Part shown: positions 21,051 through 31,756 of the stretch, piece after piece
Numbering within the stretch: position 1 is the stretch's first letter
Layout of the letters: each line of letters begins with the position of its first letter
Assembly: GCA_963844035.1 (NCBI GenBank)
Contig: CAWJMT010000003.1
Location: 192,001-256,000 of the forward strand
Origin: an uncultured Gemmatimonadales bacterium
GTDB taxonomy: Bacteria > Gemmatimonadota > Gemmatimonadetes > Gemmatimonadales > GWC2-71-9
Direction: 5' to 3'
DNA length: 64,000 bases
Position numbers and translations under genes: made by a program
Notes under the pieces: model-generated
Database searches by the model: none
Told to the model about the DNA's origin: nothing
What the model saw: only the letters and a program-made list of their open reading frames with translations

Positions 21051-21798
21051 GTCTCTCACCGAGCAGCCCGCCGGCGACGCATCGGTTCCGCGTCTCGAGT
21101 TGCGCGAGTGGTCGGAGCAATACGGCCTTACCGCAGGCATAACGATTCGCGGACACGGGTTCGGGATGGGACTCTGGAGCGACGACAGCGTTGGACAGGT
21201 GATGACGCGGTGGCGCGCGTTCCACGCGACGGTCGCCAAGGGCTTCCCGGCGGTGGTGACCGGTCACCAGGTGCACGCGACGGAGGTGCGCTGGCAGGGC
21301 CAGCGGAGCGACGGCTGGTTACTGCTCGACGGGGTGGACGGGCACGCCACGGCCGCGCAGGGGGTCCTGCTCACGGTGATGATCGCGGACTGTATCCCGG
21401 TCTACCTCGCCGTGCCGCGCACGGGAGCGGTCGCGCTGCTCCACGCCGGATGGCGTGGTGTGGCTGGTGGGGTGCTGCAGCGCGGCGTCGAGCTGCTCGA
21501 CCGGCACGCGCAGGCCCGGGGAGCGGACATCGTAATGCATTGTGGAGTGGGGATTTGCGGCAAGTGCTACGAGGTAGGTCCTGAGGTGGCGGTGCGCTTC
21601 GATCAAGCCACCGGAACGGGACCGCACCACGTCGACCTGCGGGCAGTGCTGGCACGTCAGGCGGAGCATCTGGGTATCGCGCAGGTAACGGTTTCGTCAT
21701 GGTGCAGTGCGCACGACAACCAGCGGTTCTTTTCCCATCGCGCGTCCGCGGGCCGCGATGGCCGCATGGTGGCGTATTTGGGGCGTCCGCTCGCTTGA
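21010..21798 (+). CDS. pgeF: PgeF/YfiH family (laccase-domain purine nucleoside phosphorylase-like) protein
   Basis: HQVH, DG, IADCIPV, HAGWRG, CYEVG, FFSHR. Confidence 0.9.
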   Translation: MHQTHPPARLPAFPSLTEQPAGDASVPRLELREWSEQYGLTAGITIRGHGFGMGLWSDDSVGQVMTRWRAFHATVAKGFPAVVTGHQVHATEVRWQGQRSDGWLLLDGVDGHATAAQGVLLTVMIADCIPVYLAVPRTGAVALLHAGWRGVAGGVLQRGVELLDRHAQARGADIVMHCGVGICGKCYEVGPEVAVRFDQATGTGPHHVDLRAVLARQAEHLGIAQVTVSSWCSAHDNQRFFSHRASAGRDGRMVAYLGRPLA

Positions 21799-21822
21799 CA
21801 CTGGGTGGTCCCGGGATAGATT
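21795..21822 (+). promoter_or_regulatory. Putative sigma70 promoter of the rimP-nusA-infB operon
   Basis: TTGACA (21795-21800), 16-nt spacer, TAGATT (21817-21822). Confidence 0.6.
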
Positions 21823-21831
21823 CCCAAATCG

Positions 21832-21863
21832 AAGCGGGCGAAGTCAGGCCCGCCCTTTTTTTT
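21832..21863 (+). terminator. rimP-leader-like attenuator / intrinsic terminator
   Basis: GCGGGC-loop-GCCCGC stem followed by an 8-T tract that abuts the rimP ATG. Confidence 0.7.
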
Positions 21864-22342
21864 ATGCTCACCGACAGTCTCATCGACACGTTTCGGGCCA
21901 AGCTCGACGAATCTCGGGCTCGAACTGGCCGACCTTCGCATCGGCGGCACGCCCAACCGGCCGCTGGTTCAAGTCCGCATCGAGTGGCCGGTGAGTGATC
22001 CGGCGCGCAATGTCACCGTGGACGACTGCGGGCTGGCGAGCAGGGCGCTCGAAGTCCTGGCTCGACGGCGACGGGCGGCTCGGCTCGCGCTACGTCCTCG
22101 AGGTCTCGAGCCCGGGACTGGACCGCGCGATCCGCTGGCCGCGTCACTGGGCCCGGTTCGTGGGGCGGGACGTGAATGCCACGGTCGCTGGGCTGGGGCG
22201 GGTGCGCGCCCGGATTGTGGCGGTGCCCGACGAAGCGACGGTGGTGCTCCAGCCGCTGGTGGGGGCGGGGCGCCCGGGCGGCACGCCACGCTCGGTGCGG
22301 CTGAGCGACGTGCGCGATGCGCGTCTGGCGGTCGATTGGTAG
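21864..22342 (+). CDS. rimP: Ribosome maturation factor RimP (two indels)
   Basis: VTVDDC, YVLEVSSPGLDR and ARFVG; upstream of nusA. Confidence 0.9.
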
Positions 22343-22370
22343 CGATGAACAGCCTTTTCCGGATGGTCCG

Positions 22371-23729
22371 ATGGCGAACGCACCTGACGTAGTTTCCGCG
22401 ATCCGCGAGCTGACCAGCACCAAGCAGCTCGATCGCAGTGAGCTGCTCGATCTCTTGAAGGACGGCCTGCACGCCGCCCTCGTGAAGCGCTACGGCCCCA
22501 ACGTCCGGTCCGAAATCGGCATCGACGAGCTCAAGGGGACGATCAAGATCGTCCTGCTCCGCACCGTGGTCGAGACGGTCGAGGATGCCGGGAGCCAGGT
22601 GTCGGTGGAGGAGGCCCGCTTCGAGGACGAGAACTTCCAGGTCGGCGACGTGCTGGAAGAGGAAGTGCCGTTCGAAGGATTCGGGCGCACCGCGGTGCAG
22701 GCGGCCAAGCAACGCATCATTCAGCGCGTGCGCGAGGGTGAGCGTACCCGGATTCGCGAAGAGTTCTCGGACAAGGTGGGCGAGCTGCTGAGCGGTGAAG
22801 TGCAGCAGATCGAGCGCGGGAAGATCGTCGTCATGCTCGTCAAGTTTCGCGAAGCCGAGGCGATCATCCCGTATCGCGAGCAGAATCACCGTGAGCACTT
22901 CCATCAGGGTGATACGATCCGCGCCGTGCTCAAGCGCATCGAAGAGACGCCCAAGGGCCCGCGGCTGATCCTGTCGCGCGGCGATCCGATGTTCGTGAAG
23001 GCGCTCTTCAAGATCGAAGTCCCCGAGATCCAGCAGGCGGTGGTGGAGATCCGCGCCACGGCACGAGAAGCCGGAAGCCGCACCAAGATCGCCGTCGCGT
23101 CGCGCGATGACTCGATCGATCCGGTAGGCGCCTGCGTGGGCCTCAAGGGCTCCCGGGTGCAGGCGGTGGTGAACGAGCTGGGCGGCGAGCGGATCGACAT
23201 CGTGCCGTGGTCGCCGGACCCGGAGCGCTTCGCCAAGCTGTCGCTCGCGCCCGCGCGTGTCGCGCGGGTGTTCTCGGACCCCGACAGCAAGACCATTCAG
23301 GCGATCGTGGACGAGGATCAGCTATCGCTCGCCATCGGGCGCAACGGGCAAAATGTGCGGCTCGCATCGGAGCTGACGGGGTGGAAGATCGACCTGTACT
23401 CGAGCCGCGAGTGGCTGGAGCGCGGCGGCGAAGGTCCGCTGTTCGCTCCGCTGCCGCTCGAAGAGGAGCAGGTGGTCAAGGTCGCGCTCAGCGAGATGCG
23501 CGGGCTGTCGCCCGAGCTCGTGGGTGTGCTCGAGAAGGCGGGGAAGAAGACGCTGCAGGACGTGCTCGATCTCGAGCGCGAAGAAGTCGAGAAGATGGAG
23601 GGGATGACGCCGGAGCTCGCCGACAAGCTGATGGCGTTCCTCACGGAGCTGACGGAAGAGGGCGGTGAGGAAGAGGCTCCCTCCGCCGGTACGCCGCCGC
23701 CTCCCGGGGGCGAGGCCGCGCCGGCGTGA
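22371..23729 (+). CDS. nusA: Transcription termination/antitermination factor NusA
   Basis: FGRTAVQAAKQ, S1 and KH domains (DPVGACVGLKGSRV, LAIGRNGQNVRLA), C-terminal HhH-like region. Confidence 0.97.
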   Translation: MANAPDVVSAIRELTSTKQLDRSELLDLLKDGLHAALVKRYGPNVRSEIGIDELKGTIKIVLLRTVVETVEDAGSQVSVEEARFEDENFQVGDVLEEEVPFEGFGRTAVQAAKQRIIQRVREGERTRIREEFSDKVGELLSGEVQQIERGKIVVMLVKFREAEAIIPYREQNHREHFHQGDTIRAVLKRIEETPKGPRLILSRGDPMFVKALFKIEVPEIQQAVVEIRATAREAGSRTKIAVASRDDSIDPVGACVGLKGSRVQAVVNELGGERIDIVPWSPDPERFAKLSLAPARVARVFSDPDSKTIQAIVDEDQLSLAIGRNGQNVRLASELTGWKIDLYSSREWLERGGEGPLFAPLPLEEEQVVKVALSEMRGLSPELVGVLEKAGKKTLQDVLDLEREEVEKMEGMTPELADKLMAFLTELTEEGGEEEAPSAGTPPPPGGEAAPA

Positions 23730-24028
23730 ACGATCGCATCACCCGCCTGCTCGGCCTGGGGCTGAGGGCGGGTCGAGTGGTCGTCGGGGTCTCGGGGGTA
23801 CGGGCCGGACTGCAGCGGGAATCGGTGCATTGCGTGGTGCTGGCGGCGGACGCGAGCCAGCGCACGCGAGACAAGGTGGAGCGGTTGGCGCTGGCGCGCG
23901 GGATTCCGGTGCTGCAGGGCCCCCGCGCCGGGGAGTTGGGTGACCGCCTCGGGCGTGCGCCCGTGCAGGCGGTCGGGGTCGAAGATGGGGCGCTCGCGCG
24001 AGGCCTCATGACGTCTTTGGAGGAGTGA
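23726..24028 (+). CDS. L7Ae/YlxQ family RNA-binding protein
   Basis: LLGLGLRAGRVVVG, VLAADAS and ELGDRLG; between nusA and infB. Confidence 0.85.
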   Translation: MNDRITRLLGLGLRAGRVVVGVSGVRAGLQRESVHCVVLAADASQRTRDKVERLALARGIPVLQGPRAGELGDRLGRAPVQAVGVEDGALARGLMTSLEE

Positions 24029-26638
24029 GTGGCGACAACGCGCATTCATGATCTGGCGGCGGAGTTCGGCGTGCCGAGCGAGCAGCTCATCGGCATGCTG
24101 AAGGAGATGGACATCTTCGTCCGCAGCCACCTGACACCGCTCCTCCCGGAGCAGGTGGCGCTGGTGCGCGCCCGGTGGGAGCGCGAGAAGCGCAAGCAGA
24201 AGGAGCCCCCGACGCCGACCAAGCGCCGCCGGGCGACGAAAAACGTGGAGCCCGAGGCACCGGTGGCGGTCGCGAGCGATCGTCCAGTGCGCCGACGCCG
24301 CACCGCAGCCGAGGTTGCGGTCGCCGAGGCCGAAGCGCAGGCCGTCGCCGCCATCGAAGCCGAGCGGGAGCAAAAGGCGCGCGAGGCACTCGAGGTGACG
24401 CGCGCGATGGAGGAGGAGGAACGTCCGGCCGCATCGCTCGAAGAGCGCGCGGCCGCGTTGTTCAAGGACCTGCCGCCGGCCGAGGACTCGGGGCGGGCCG
24501 ATACGAGCGTCGCACAGGCGCCGCCGCCCCCGCGGCCGTTCATCCCCACGCCGGTGCGTCCCAAGCCCGTCGCCAGCGCGACGCCGGGCAGCCCGGTGCC
24601 CCCGCGCCCCGTGGCGTCCGCGACTCCGGGCGCCGCCCCGATGGAGGAGCGCCGCCGCGAGAAGGGGAAGAAGCGCAAGAAGGGTCGCAAGTCCTCGGTG
24701 GACCAGGAGGCGGTCGCGCAGAACATCTCGCGCACGCTGGCCTCCATCAAAGGACCGGTCGGCAAGAAGGGCATGCGTCATCGCGACGAAGGCCCGACCT
24801 TCCGCGACGCGCAGGAGGAAAAGCGGCGCGAAGAGAAGGAGCGCGAAAAGACGCTGGTGCGCGTGACCGAGTTCATCACGGTCTCGGAGTTGGCCAACGT
24901 GCTCAAGGTGCCGCCGACCCAGATCGTGGCGTTCGCGTTCAAGGAGCTGGGGCAGATGGTCACGATCAACCAGCGCCTCGACTTCGACATGATCGAGCTG
25001 ATCGCGTCGGCCTTCGACTTCCAGGCTGTGCAGGAGGAAGAGTACGTCGCCTCCGCGCCGGTCGAGCGCGAGCCCGAGAGCGCCGAATCGCTCAAGCCGC
25101 GCCCGCCGGTGGTCACAGTCATGGGACACGTTGACCACGGCAAGACCTCGCTGCTCGACTTCATCCGCAAGGCGACCGTCGTCGCCGGCGAGGCGGGTGG
25201 CATCACGCAGCACATCGGCGCCTATCAGGTCACGCTCAAGGACCACCGGGCGATCACGTTCCTCGACACACCCGGTCACGAGGCGTTCACGGCCATGCGC
25301 GCCCGCGGCGCGCGGGTGACCGACATCGTGGTCCTCGTCGTCGCCGCCGACGACGCCATCATGCCGCAGACGGTGGAGGCAATTTCGCACGCGAAGAACG
25401 CGGGCGTGCCGCTCGTCGTCGCCATCAACAAGATCGATCTGCCGTCGGCCAACGTCCAAAAGGTCAAGCAGGACCTGCTGGCGCACGGCGTCGTGCTCGA
25501 GGAGTTCGGTGGCACCACGCTGGCCACGCCGATCTCGGCCAAGACGGGACAGAACGTCGAAACGCTGCTGGACCAGATCCTGTTGCAGGCCGAGCTGCTC
25601 GATCTCAAGGCCAATCCCGATCGTCACGCGCAAGGCACCGTGGTGGAAGCGGCCCTCGATCCCGGCAAGGGACCGGTTGCCACGGTACTCATCCAGAGCG
25701 GGACGCTCAAGGTGGGCGCCGACTTTATTTGCGGGCAGTATGCCGGCCGCGTCCGCGCGCTGTACGACGAGCGCGGTCAGACGGTCGTGACCGCGGGGCC
25801 GTCCACGCCCGTGCAGGTCCTCGGGTTCGAGGGCGTGCCCGAGGCGGGCGATCCGTTCCTTGTCATGGCCGATGCGACCGCCGCGCGCGAGATCGCGCAA
25901 AAGCGCCAGCGCCTGGAGCGCGAGGCGCAGCACCGCCGCACCGGCCGCGTGAAGACGCTCGAAGACTTCGTGACCTCCCATGCCGACGGCGGGATGGCCA
26001 CGCTCAAGATCATCATCAAGGCCGACCAGGGCGGTCCGGCGGAAGCGCTCGCGGATGCGCTGCAGCAGCTGTCCACCACCGAGGTGAGGGTGGAGGTGGT
26101 CCACCGCGGCGTGGGCGCGATCACCGAGAGCGACGTGCTGCTCGCCAAGGCGTCCGGTGCCATCATCATCGGCTTCCACGTCCGGCCCGATTCCAACGCC
26201 CGCGCGGCCGCCGAGCACGAGCGGGTGGAAATCCGCACCTACCGCATCATCTACGAGGCGGTGGAAGAGGTGAAGGCCGCGATGGAAGGGCTGCTCGCCC
26301 CGGAGAAACGGGAAGTGGTGTTGGGCGAGGCCGAAGTCCGGCAGGTCTTCAAGATCGCCAAGGTGGGCACCATCGCCGGCAGCTTTGTGCGCAGCGGCGT
26401 CATTCCGCGGACCGCCCGCGTGCGCGTGATCCGCGACGGCGTCGAGGTGTACGATGGGACGTTGGCGTCGCTCAAGCGGTTCAAGGACGACGTGCGCGAG
26501 GTCCGGGACGGCTTCGAATGCGGAATCGGGGTCGAAAACTTCAACGATGTGAAGACAGGGGACCTCATCGAAGCGTACCGGGTCGAAGAGATCGCCCGGT
26601 CGCTCGACGCCGGGAGTGCGGCCAAGAAGGACGCGTGA
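24029..26638 (+). CDS. infB: Translation initiation factor IF-2
   Basis: RPPVVTVMGHVDHGKT, GITQHIGA, DTPGHEAF, NKID, SLKRFKDDV. Confidence 0.98.
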   Translation: MATTRIHDLAAEFGVPSEQLIGMLKEMDIFVRSHLTPLLPEQVALVRARWEREKRKQKEPPTPTKRRRATKNVEPEAPVAVASDRPVRRRRTAAEVAVAEAEAQAVAAIEAEREQKAREALEVTRAMEEEERPAASLEERAAALFKDLPPAEDSGRADTSVAQAPPPPRPFIPTPVRPKPVASATPGSPVPPRPVASATPGAAPMEERRREKGKKRKKGRKSSVDQEAVAQNISRTLASIKGPVGKKGMRHRDEGPTFRDAQEEKRREEKEREKTLVRVTEFITVSELANVLKVPPTQIVAFAFKELGQMVTINQRLDFDMIELIASAFDFQAVQEEEYVASAPVEREPESAESLKPRPPVVTVMGHVDHGKTSLLDFIRKATVVAGEAGGITQHIGAYQVTLKDHRAITFLDTPGHEAFTAMRARGARVTDIVVLVVAADDAIMPQTVEAISHAKNAGVPLVVAINKIDLPSANVQKVKQDLLAHGVVLEEFGGTTLATPISAKTGQNVETLLDQILLQAELLDLKANPDRHAQGTVVEAALDPGKGPVATVLIQSGTLKVGADFICGQYAGRVRALYDERGQTVVTAGPSTPVQVLGFEGVPEAGDPFLVMADATAAREIAQKRQRLEREAQHRRTGRVKTLEDFVTSHADGGMATLKIIIKADQGGPAEALADALQQLSTTEVRVEVVHRGVGAITESDVLLAKASGAIIIGFHVRPDSNARAAAEHERVEIRTYRIIYEAVEEVKAAMEGLLAPEKREVVLGEAEVRQVFKIAKVGTIAGSFVRSGVIPRTARVRVIRDGVEVYDGTLASLKRFKDDVREVRDGFECGIGVENFNDVKTGDLIEAYRVEEIARSLDAGSAAKKDA

Positions 26639-26641
26639 GCC

Positions 26642-26923
26642 GTGATCGTCGGGCTCATGACCTGGGAGCTGCATATCGAGGGGTGCCAGTCCTTGAAGGA
26701 TAAGCGGCACGTGCTGAAGAGCTTGAAGGACCGGCTTCACAACAAGTTCAATGTGTCCGCCGCGGAGACCGATCACCACGACCTGTGGCAACGCGCGGAG
26801 TTGAGTGTGTGCGTGGTGAGCACCGACCGGCAGCACGCCGAGAGCGTGTTGCGCGAGGCGGATCGGATGGTGGCGGGGGATGCGGCGGCGCGGGTGATCG
26901 ACACCAGCACGAGCTTTCTCTAG
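26642..26923 (+). CDS. DUF503 (YlxP) family protein
   Basis: SLKDKR, FNVSAAE and DLWQRAEL; conserved position after infB. Confidence 0.88.
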   Translation: MIVGLMTWELHIEGCQSLKDKRHVLKSLKDRLHNKFNVSAAETDHHDLWQRAELSVCVVSTDRQHAESVLREADRMVAGDAAARVIDTSTSFL

Positions 26924-26926
26924 CGC

Positions 26927-27286
26927 ATGCCCCGGCGTCCCACGCATCGCCCCGAGCGGCTTGGCGAGCTGATCCGGCAGACGGTCGCGGCGTTCCTCAC
27001 CGGGAACGTGCGCGACCCACGGATCGGCTTCGTCACCGTGACCAGTGTCGACGTCTCGGGCGACCTGGGGCACGCGCGGATTCGGGTGAGCATCATGGGC
27101 ACCGAGGAGGAGCGCGCGCGGAGCCTCGAGGGACTGGGGAGCGCCGCCCGGTTCCTCCGCGCACAGCTGGCGCGCGAGCTGACGCTGCGCACCACGCCTG
27201 AGCTGCACTTCGAGCTCGACCGCGGAATCGAACACGCAGCGCGCATCGACGACGTGCTCCGGAAGCTGCGGGAGGACGGCGGCTGA
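26927..27286 (+). CDS. rbfA: 30S ribosome-binding factor A
   Basis: VRDPRIGFVTVTSV, GDLGHA, LRTTPELHFELD. Confidence 0.95.
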   Translation: MPRRPTHRPERLGELIRQTVAAFLTGNVRDPRIGFVTVTSVDVSGDLGHARIRVSIMGTEEERARSLEGLGSAARFLRAQLARELTLRTTPELHFELDRGIEHAARIDDVLRKLREDGG

Positions 27287-28164
27287 CGTCCGGAGAGAGC
27301 GGGGGCGAGGGCGGGGTCGTGCTCGTGGCGAAACCGGCAGGGCCCACGTCCCACGATGCGGTGGACATCGTCCGGCGGGCGTTGGGGGTCACCCGGGTTG
27401 GCCACCTCGGCACCCTGGATCCGTTCGCCGCGGGGCTGCTCGTGCTGGTGGTCGGCCGCGCGACGCGGCTGGCGCCGTTCGCCGCGGAATGGACCAAGGA
27501 CTACGAGGGTGTGATTCGGTTGGGCACTGTGACGACCACCGACGACGGAACAGGCGAGGTCGTCGGGACATCGGAGGAGTGGCGGACCCTCGATCGCAGC
27601 CGGATCGCAGCGGTATTCGCAGAGTTTCGTGGAGCGTATGATCAACGGCCGCCGGCGTTCTCGGCGGTGAAGGTCGACGGAGAGCGGGCCTACCGGCGGG
27701 CCCGCCGTGGAGAGCCGGTGGTGCTCGAGGCGCGGCGCGTGGAGGTGCGCGAGTTCACCATGACGGCCTGCGCGCCGCCCGACGTATCGTTCCGGGCCGC
27801 CGTCACGGCCGGCACGTATCTGCGCAGCCTGGCGCGCGACGTGGGCGAGCGACTCGGGTGCGGCGCACATCTCAGGGCGCTCACGCGTACGCGGGTGGGT
27901 CCCTTCGGGCTGGAGGGTGCGACGGCTCCCGAGGCGGTGACCGCCGCTGCGGTGCGCGATCCCGCACTGCTGGTCGCGGACCTGCCGCGCCGCGATCTGG
28001 ATGCGGAAGAAGGGGTGCTCGTGTCGCACGGTCGCTCGGTCGCCGCGGGATCGGGGACGGGGGACGAGGGACGGGTGGCGCTGTTCTCGCACGGACACCT
28101 GGTCGCGGTCGCTGAGCGGGTCGGCGACGTGCTCAAGCCGCGTGTGGTCCTGGCGGACGCATGA
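27283..28164 (+). CDS. truB: tRNA pseudouridine(55) synthase
   Basis: KPAGPTSHD, GHLGTLDPFAAG, PPAFSAVK, GTYLRSLARD. Start is CTG 27283 or GTG 27319. Confidence 0.95.
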   Translation: MTSGESGGEGGVVLVAKPAGPTSHDAVDIVRRALGVTRVGHLGTLDPFAAGLLVLVVGRATRLAPFAAEWTKDYEGVIRLGTVTTTDDGTGEVVGTSEEWRTLDRSRIAAVFAEFRGAYDQRPPAFSAVKVDGERAYRRARRGEPVVLEARRVEVREFTMTACAPPDVSFRAAVTAGTYLRSLARDVGERLGCGAHLRALTRTRVGPFGLEGATAPEAVTAAAVRDPALLVADLPRRDLDAEEGVLVSHGRSVAAGSGTGDEGRVALFSHGHLVAVAERVGDVLKPRVVLADA

Positions 28165-29050
28165 CCGGGACGGTGCTGAGCTGCGGATCGTTCGACGGCG
28201 TGCATCGCGGTCACCAGGCCGTGCTGGCGGAGCTGGGCCAGCGGGCCCGGGCTGCTGGATCTCGCGAGCGTGGCTTTGACCTTCGAGCCGCATCCGCTCG
28301 AGGTGGTGAATCCGGCGGCGGCGCCGCGGCTGCTCACCCTGGCCGATGAGAAGCGGGAGCTGCTGGCGGCGAACGTCGAGCGCGTCGAGTTCCTGCCGTT
28401 CACGCAGGCGTTAGCGGCGCTCGACGCCGAGCAGTTTACGCGCGACGTGCTGGTGGGTCAGTTCGGCGTGCGGCACCTGGTGGTGGGGTACGACCACGGG
28501 TTCGGCCGCGGGCGCGCCGGGGACGTGGAGTTGTTGCGGCGCATTGGCACCCGCGAGGGGTTCGAGGTGTCCGTTGTGGACGCAGTGCGGGACGGCGAGC
28601 AGCGGATTTCGTCGACGTTGATCCGCACCGCCGTGGCGCACGGGGACCTCGCGGCCGCGGAACGCTGGCTCGGGCGCCCGTACAGCACGCGTGGTGTGGT
28701 GGAGCCGGGGCAGGGACGGGGTCGCACGCTGGGGATCCCGACGATCAACCTGGCGGCGCTCGATCCCCGCAAGCTGCTGCCTCCTGACGGCGTGTACGCG
28801 GTGCGGGTGGAGTGGCGCCGCGTCCGATACGGCGGCATGATGAACCAGGGGCCGCGGCCCACGTTTGCCGTCGACCGAGCGGGCGCTGGAGATTCACCTG
28901 TTCGATTTCGACGAGGATCTGTACGGTGAAGCGGTGACGGTCGAATGGGTGCGGCGGCTGCGGGACACGCAGGCATTTCCGTCGCGCGACGCACTGGTGG
29001 CGCAGCTGGCGCGCGATGCGCGGGCGGCGCAGGACAGTCTCAAACCCTAG
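28161..29050 (+). CDS. ribF: Bifunctional riboflavin kinase / FAD synthetase (two indels)
   Basis: GSFDGVHRGH, TFEPHP, GYDHGFG, ISSTLIR, GIPTIN, LEIHLFDF. Confidence 0.93.
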
Positions 29051-29060
29051 AGATCCGACG

Positions 29061-30702
29061 ATGAACAAGCAGATTCGCCAGCGACTGATGATCATCGGCG
29101 TCCTGATCGTGGCGAGCGTGTGGGCGCTCCTGCCGCGCAACGTGACGCAACGAGTGGTGGACCGACGACCGGCCGGATGAAAGACACGACGGTGCGCGAG
29201 GTGCCGATCAACTTCGGCCTCGACCTCCGCGGCGGCATCCACCTGGCCCTCGAGGTCGATCAGTCGCGCGGCCCGGTGCCCGACCCCGCCGAAGCGATCC
29301 GGCGGGCCGAACGCGTGGTGCGGACCCGGATCAACGAGTTCGGCACCAAGGAACCCGTTGTCCAGATCGTCGGCGGCAACCGGCTGATCGTCGAGCTCCC
29401 CGGCGAGCAGGACCCGGCGCGGGCCAAGGGTATCATCCAGCGCACGGCGTTTCTCGAGTTCCGCATCACCGACATGAAGAACCAGTTCCGGGATGCACTG
29501 CCCGGGATCGACCAGGCGCTCAAGGCGGCCGGCGTGCATGCCGCGGGCGCCGCGCCGGCCAGCGCCGTGTCGCAGCTGTTCGGCGGCGACACGTCCAAGC
29601 AGAAGGGGAAGGACAAGGCGGCGGCAAAAGACACGAGCCAGAACCAGGCTGGGGCGCTCACGTCCCTCCTCTTTCAGGGCTCGGTCCCCGGCGAGTTCCT
29701 CGTGCCGGAAGAGCAAGTGCGCTGGCGCCGACAGCCTCCTCGCCCGGCCCGATGTGCAGCGGCTGATTCCCCGCGGGCTCGACTTCAAGTGGAGTACCGA
29801 GGTGGAATCCCGGGGCGCGCGGTCCTATCGCGCGCTCTACATCGTAGAAGACAAGCCGATCATCACCGGCGACTATCTCGAGAAGGCGACGGCGCGACGC
29901 GACCAGATGACGAATCAGTCGATCGTGGAGTTCACGCTCTCGCGCAAAGGCGGCCGCGTGTTCGAGCGGGAGACCGGCCGGCACGTAAACGACTTCATGG
30001 CCATCATCCTGGACGGCCGCGTCCAGGGGGCGCCGCCGATCATCAAGAGCCAGATCGGGCAGCGTGGCCAGATCGAGCTCGGGAGCAAGACGCTGCAAGA
30101 CGCCAATGATCTCGCGCTCGTGCTGCGGGCCGGCGCGCTCCCCGCGCCGCTCGTCATCGTCGAAGAGCGCACGATCGGCCCGTCGCTCGGCAAGGACGCC
30201 ATCCATGACGGCATCAAGGCCGGGATCGCGGGCGTTTTCCTGGTCGTGCTGATCATGGTAGCCTACTACCGCATGGCGGGCCTGCTCGCGGTGCTGGCCC
30301 TCGTGCTGTACGCGCTGTACACGATGGCCGGGCTCGCCGGCTTCGGGTTCACGCTCACGCTCCCAGGGCTGGCGGGGTTCGTTCTGTCGATCGGTATTGC
30401 CGTGGACGCCAACGTGCTGATCTTCGAGCGCATTCGTGAGGAGCTGGCGGCTCGGGAAAACCGTCCGGATGGCCATCGATCAGGGGTTCGCCCGCGCGAT
30501 GAACGCCATCGTCGATTCCAACGTGTGCGCCATTCTCACCGCGCTGTTCCTCTTCCAATTCGGGACCGGCCCCGTCAAGGGGTTCGCGGTGACGCTCATC
30601 CTGGGCGTGCTCGCCTCGATGGTCACCGCGATCTTCGTCACGAGGACGTTCTTCATGATCTGGCTGCAACGCCGTCCCACTATGGAAACGTTGAGCATCT
30701 GA
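29061..30702 (+). CDS. secD: Protein translocase subunit SecD (about three indels)
   Basis: FGLDLRGG, LIVELPG, LRAGALPAP, IGPSLG, AVDANVLIFERIREE, VKGFAVTL. Confidence 0.93.
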
Positions 30703-30706
30703 TCCC

Positions 30707-31756
30707 ATGCGCCGACTCTTCAGTCAACACGACCTTCGATTTCATCGGTGTCCGTCGCTACGCCTATGTCCTGACGGCGGCGTTCTTCATTCCCGGGCTG
30801 CGTGCTGTTGCTGGTCCGCGGGCTCAACTACGGCATCGAATTCACCGGCGGGACGCTGGTTCAGGTGCAGAGCACGGTGCCGATTGATGCCGCGGCCCTG
30901 CGGCACGCCCTCGACCAGCACGGGCTGACGGGCGCCGAGATCCAGTCGTTCGGGAGCGACCGCGACTACACCATCCGGGCCCGCATCGAAGGGGAAGGGC
31001 ACAAGGCTGAAGACACCGAGGCAACGGTCACCGCGGTGAGCGCGTCGCTCGACGCGACGCTTGGAGCCCGGCCAGTACAAGATCCTCCGCCATGAGGCCG
31101 TCGGGCCGAAGGTCGGCGGTGAGCTGCGCCAAAAGGCCCTGCTCGCCACGCTGCTGTCGTTTGCCGCGATCCTCATCTATCTCGCGATCCGGTTCGAGTG
31201 GCGCTTCGGCCTCGCCGCCATCGGCGCGACGGCGCACGACATCCTCGGCACGATCATGTTCATCAGCCTGATGCGCCTCGAGGTGAGCCTCGTGATCGTC
31301 GGCGCGGTGCTGTCGGTGCTCGGCCTGTCGCTGAACGAGACCGTCATCATCTTCGACCGCGTGCGGGAGAACGAGCGAAAACGGCTGAAGCTCGATCTGT
31401 CGGCTGTGCTCAACTTGTCCATCAACGAGACGCTGCCGCGTACCGTGTTGACGCACGGCACCGCGCTGTCGACGATGGCGACGCTGGCGATCTTCGGCGG
31501 TGAGGTCATCAGGCCGTTTGCGTTCGTGATGTTCTTCGGCGTATTCACCGGAATCTTCTCGTCCATGTTCATCGCCCCGGTGGCGCTCATGTACATCCGC
31601 CGCCGGTGGCCGGTGGAAGGCGGCGCCCGCGTCACCGCGGCTGCAGCGCGGCGCCCCGCGCCCGCCACCGTCGCGCACCCCGCGTCGGCACCGACGGCGG
31701 CTGAGGGTGCTGGTCGACGCCCACTGCCATTTGGGCGACGAGGCGTTCGATCCTGA
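30707..31756 (+). CDS. secF: Protein translocase subunit SecF (indels; 3' end uncertain)
   Basis: GLNYGIEFTGG, VGPKVGGEL, IRFEWRF, IIFDRVREN, SINETLPRT. Confidence 0.92.

Noticed and set aside
23318..27235. 1305-aa minus-strand ORF, and similar ones such as 13894-15714 and 7665-8834
   Set aside because: Antisense shadows of infB, gatB and serS produced by high-GC codon bias; no recognisable domains.
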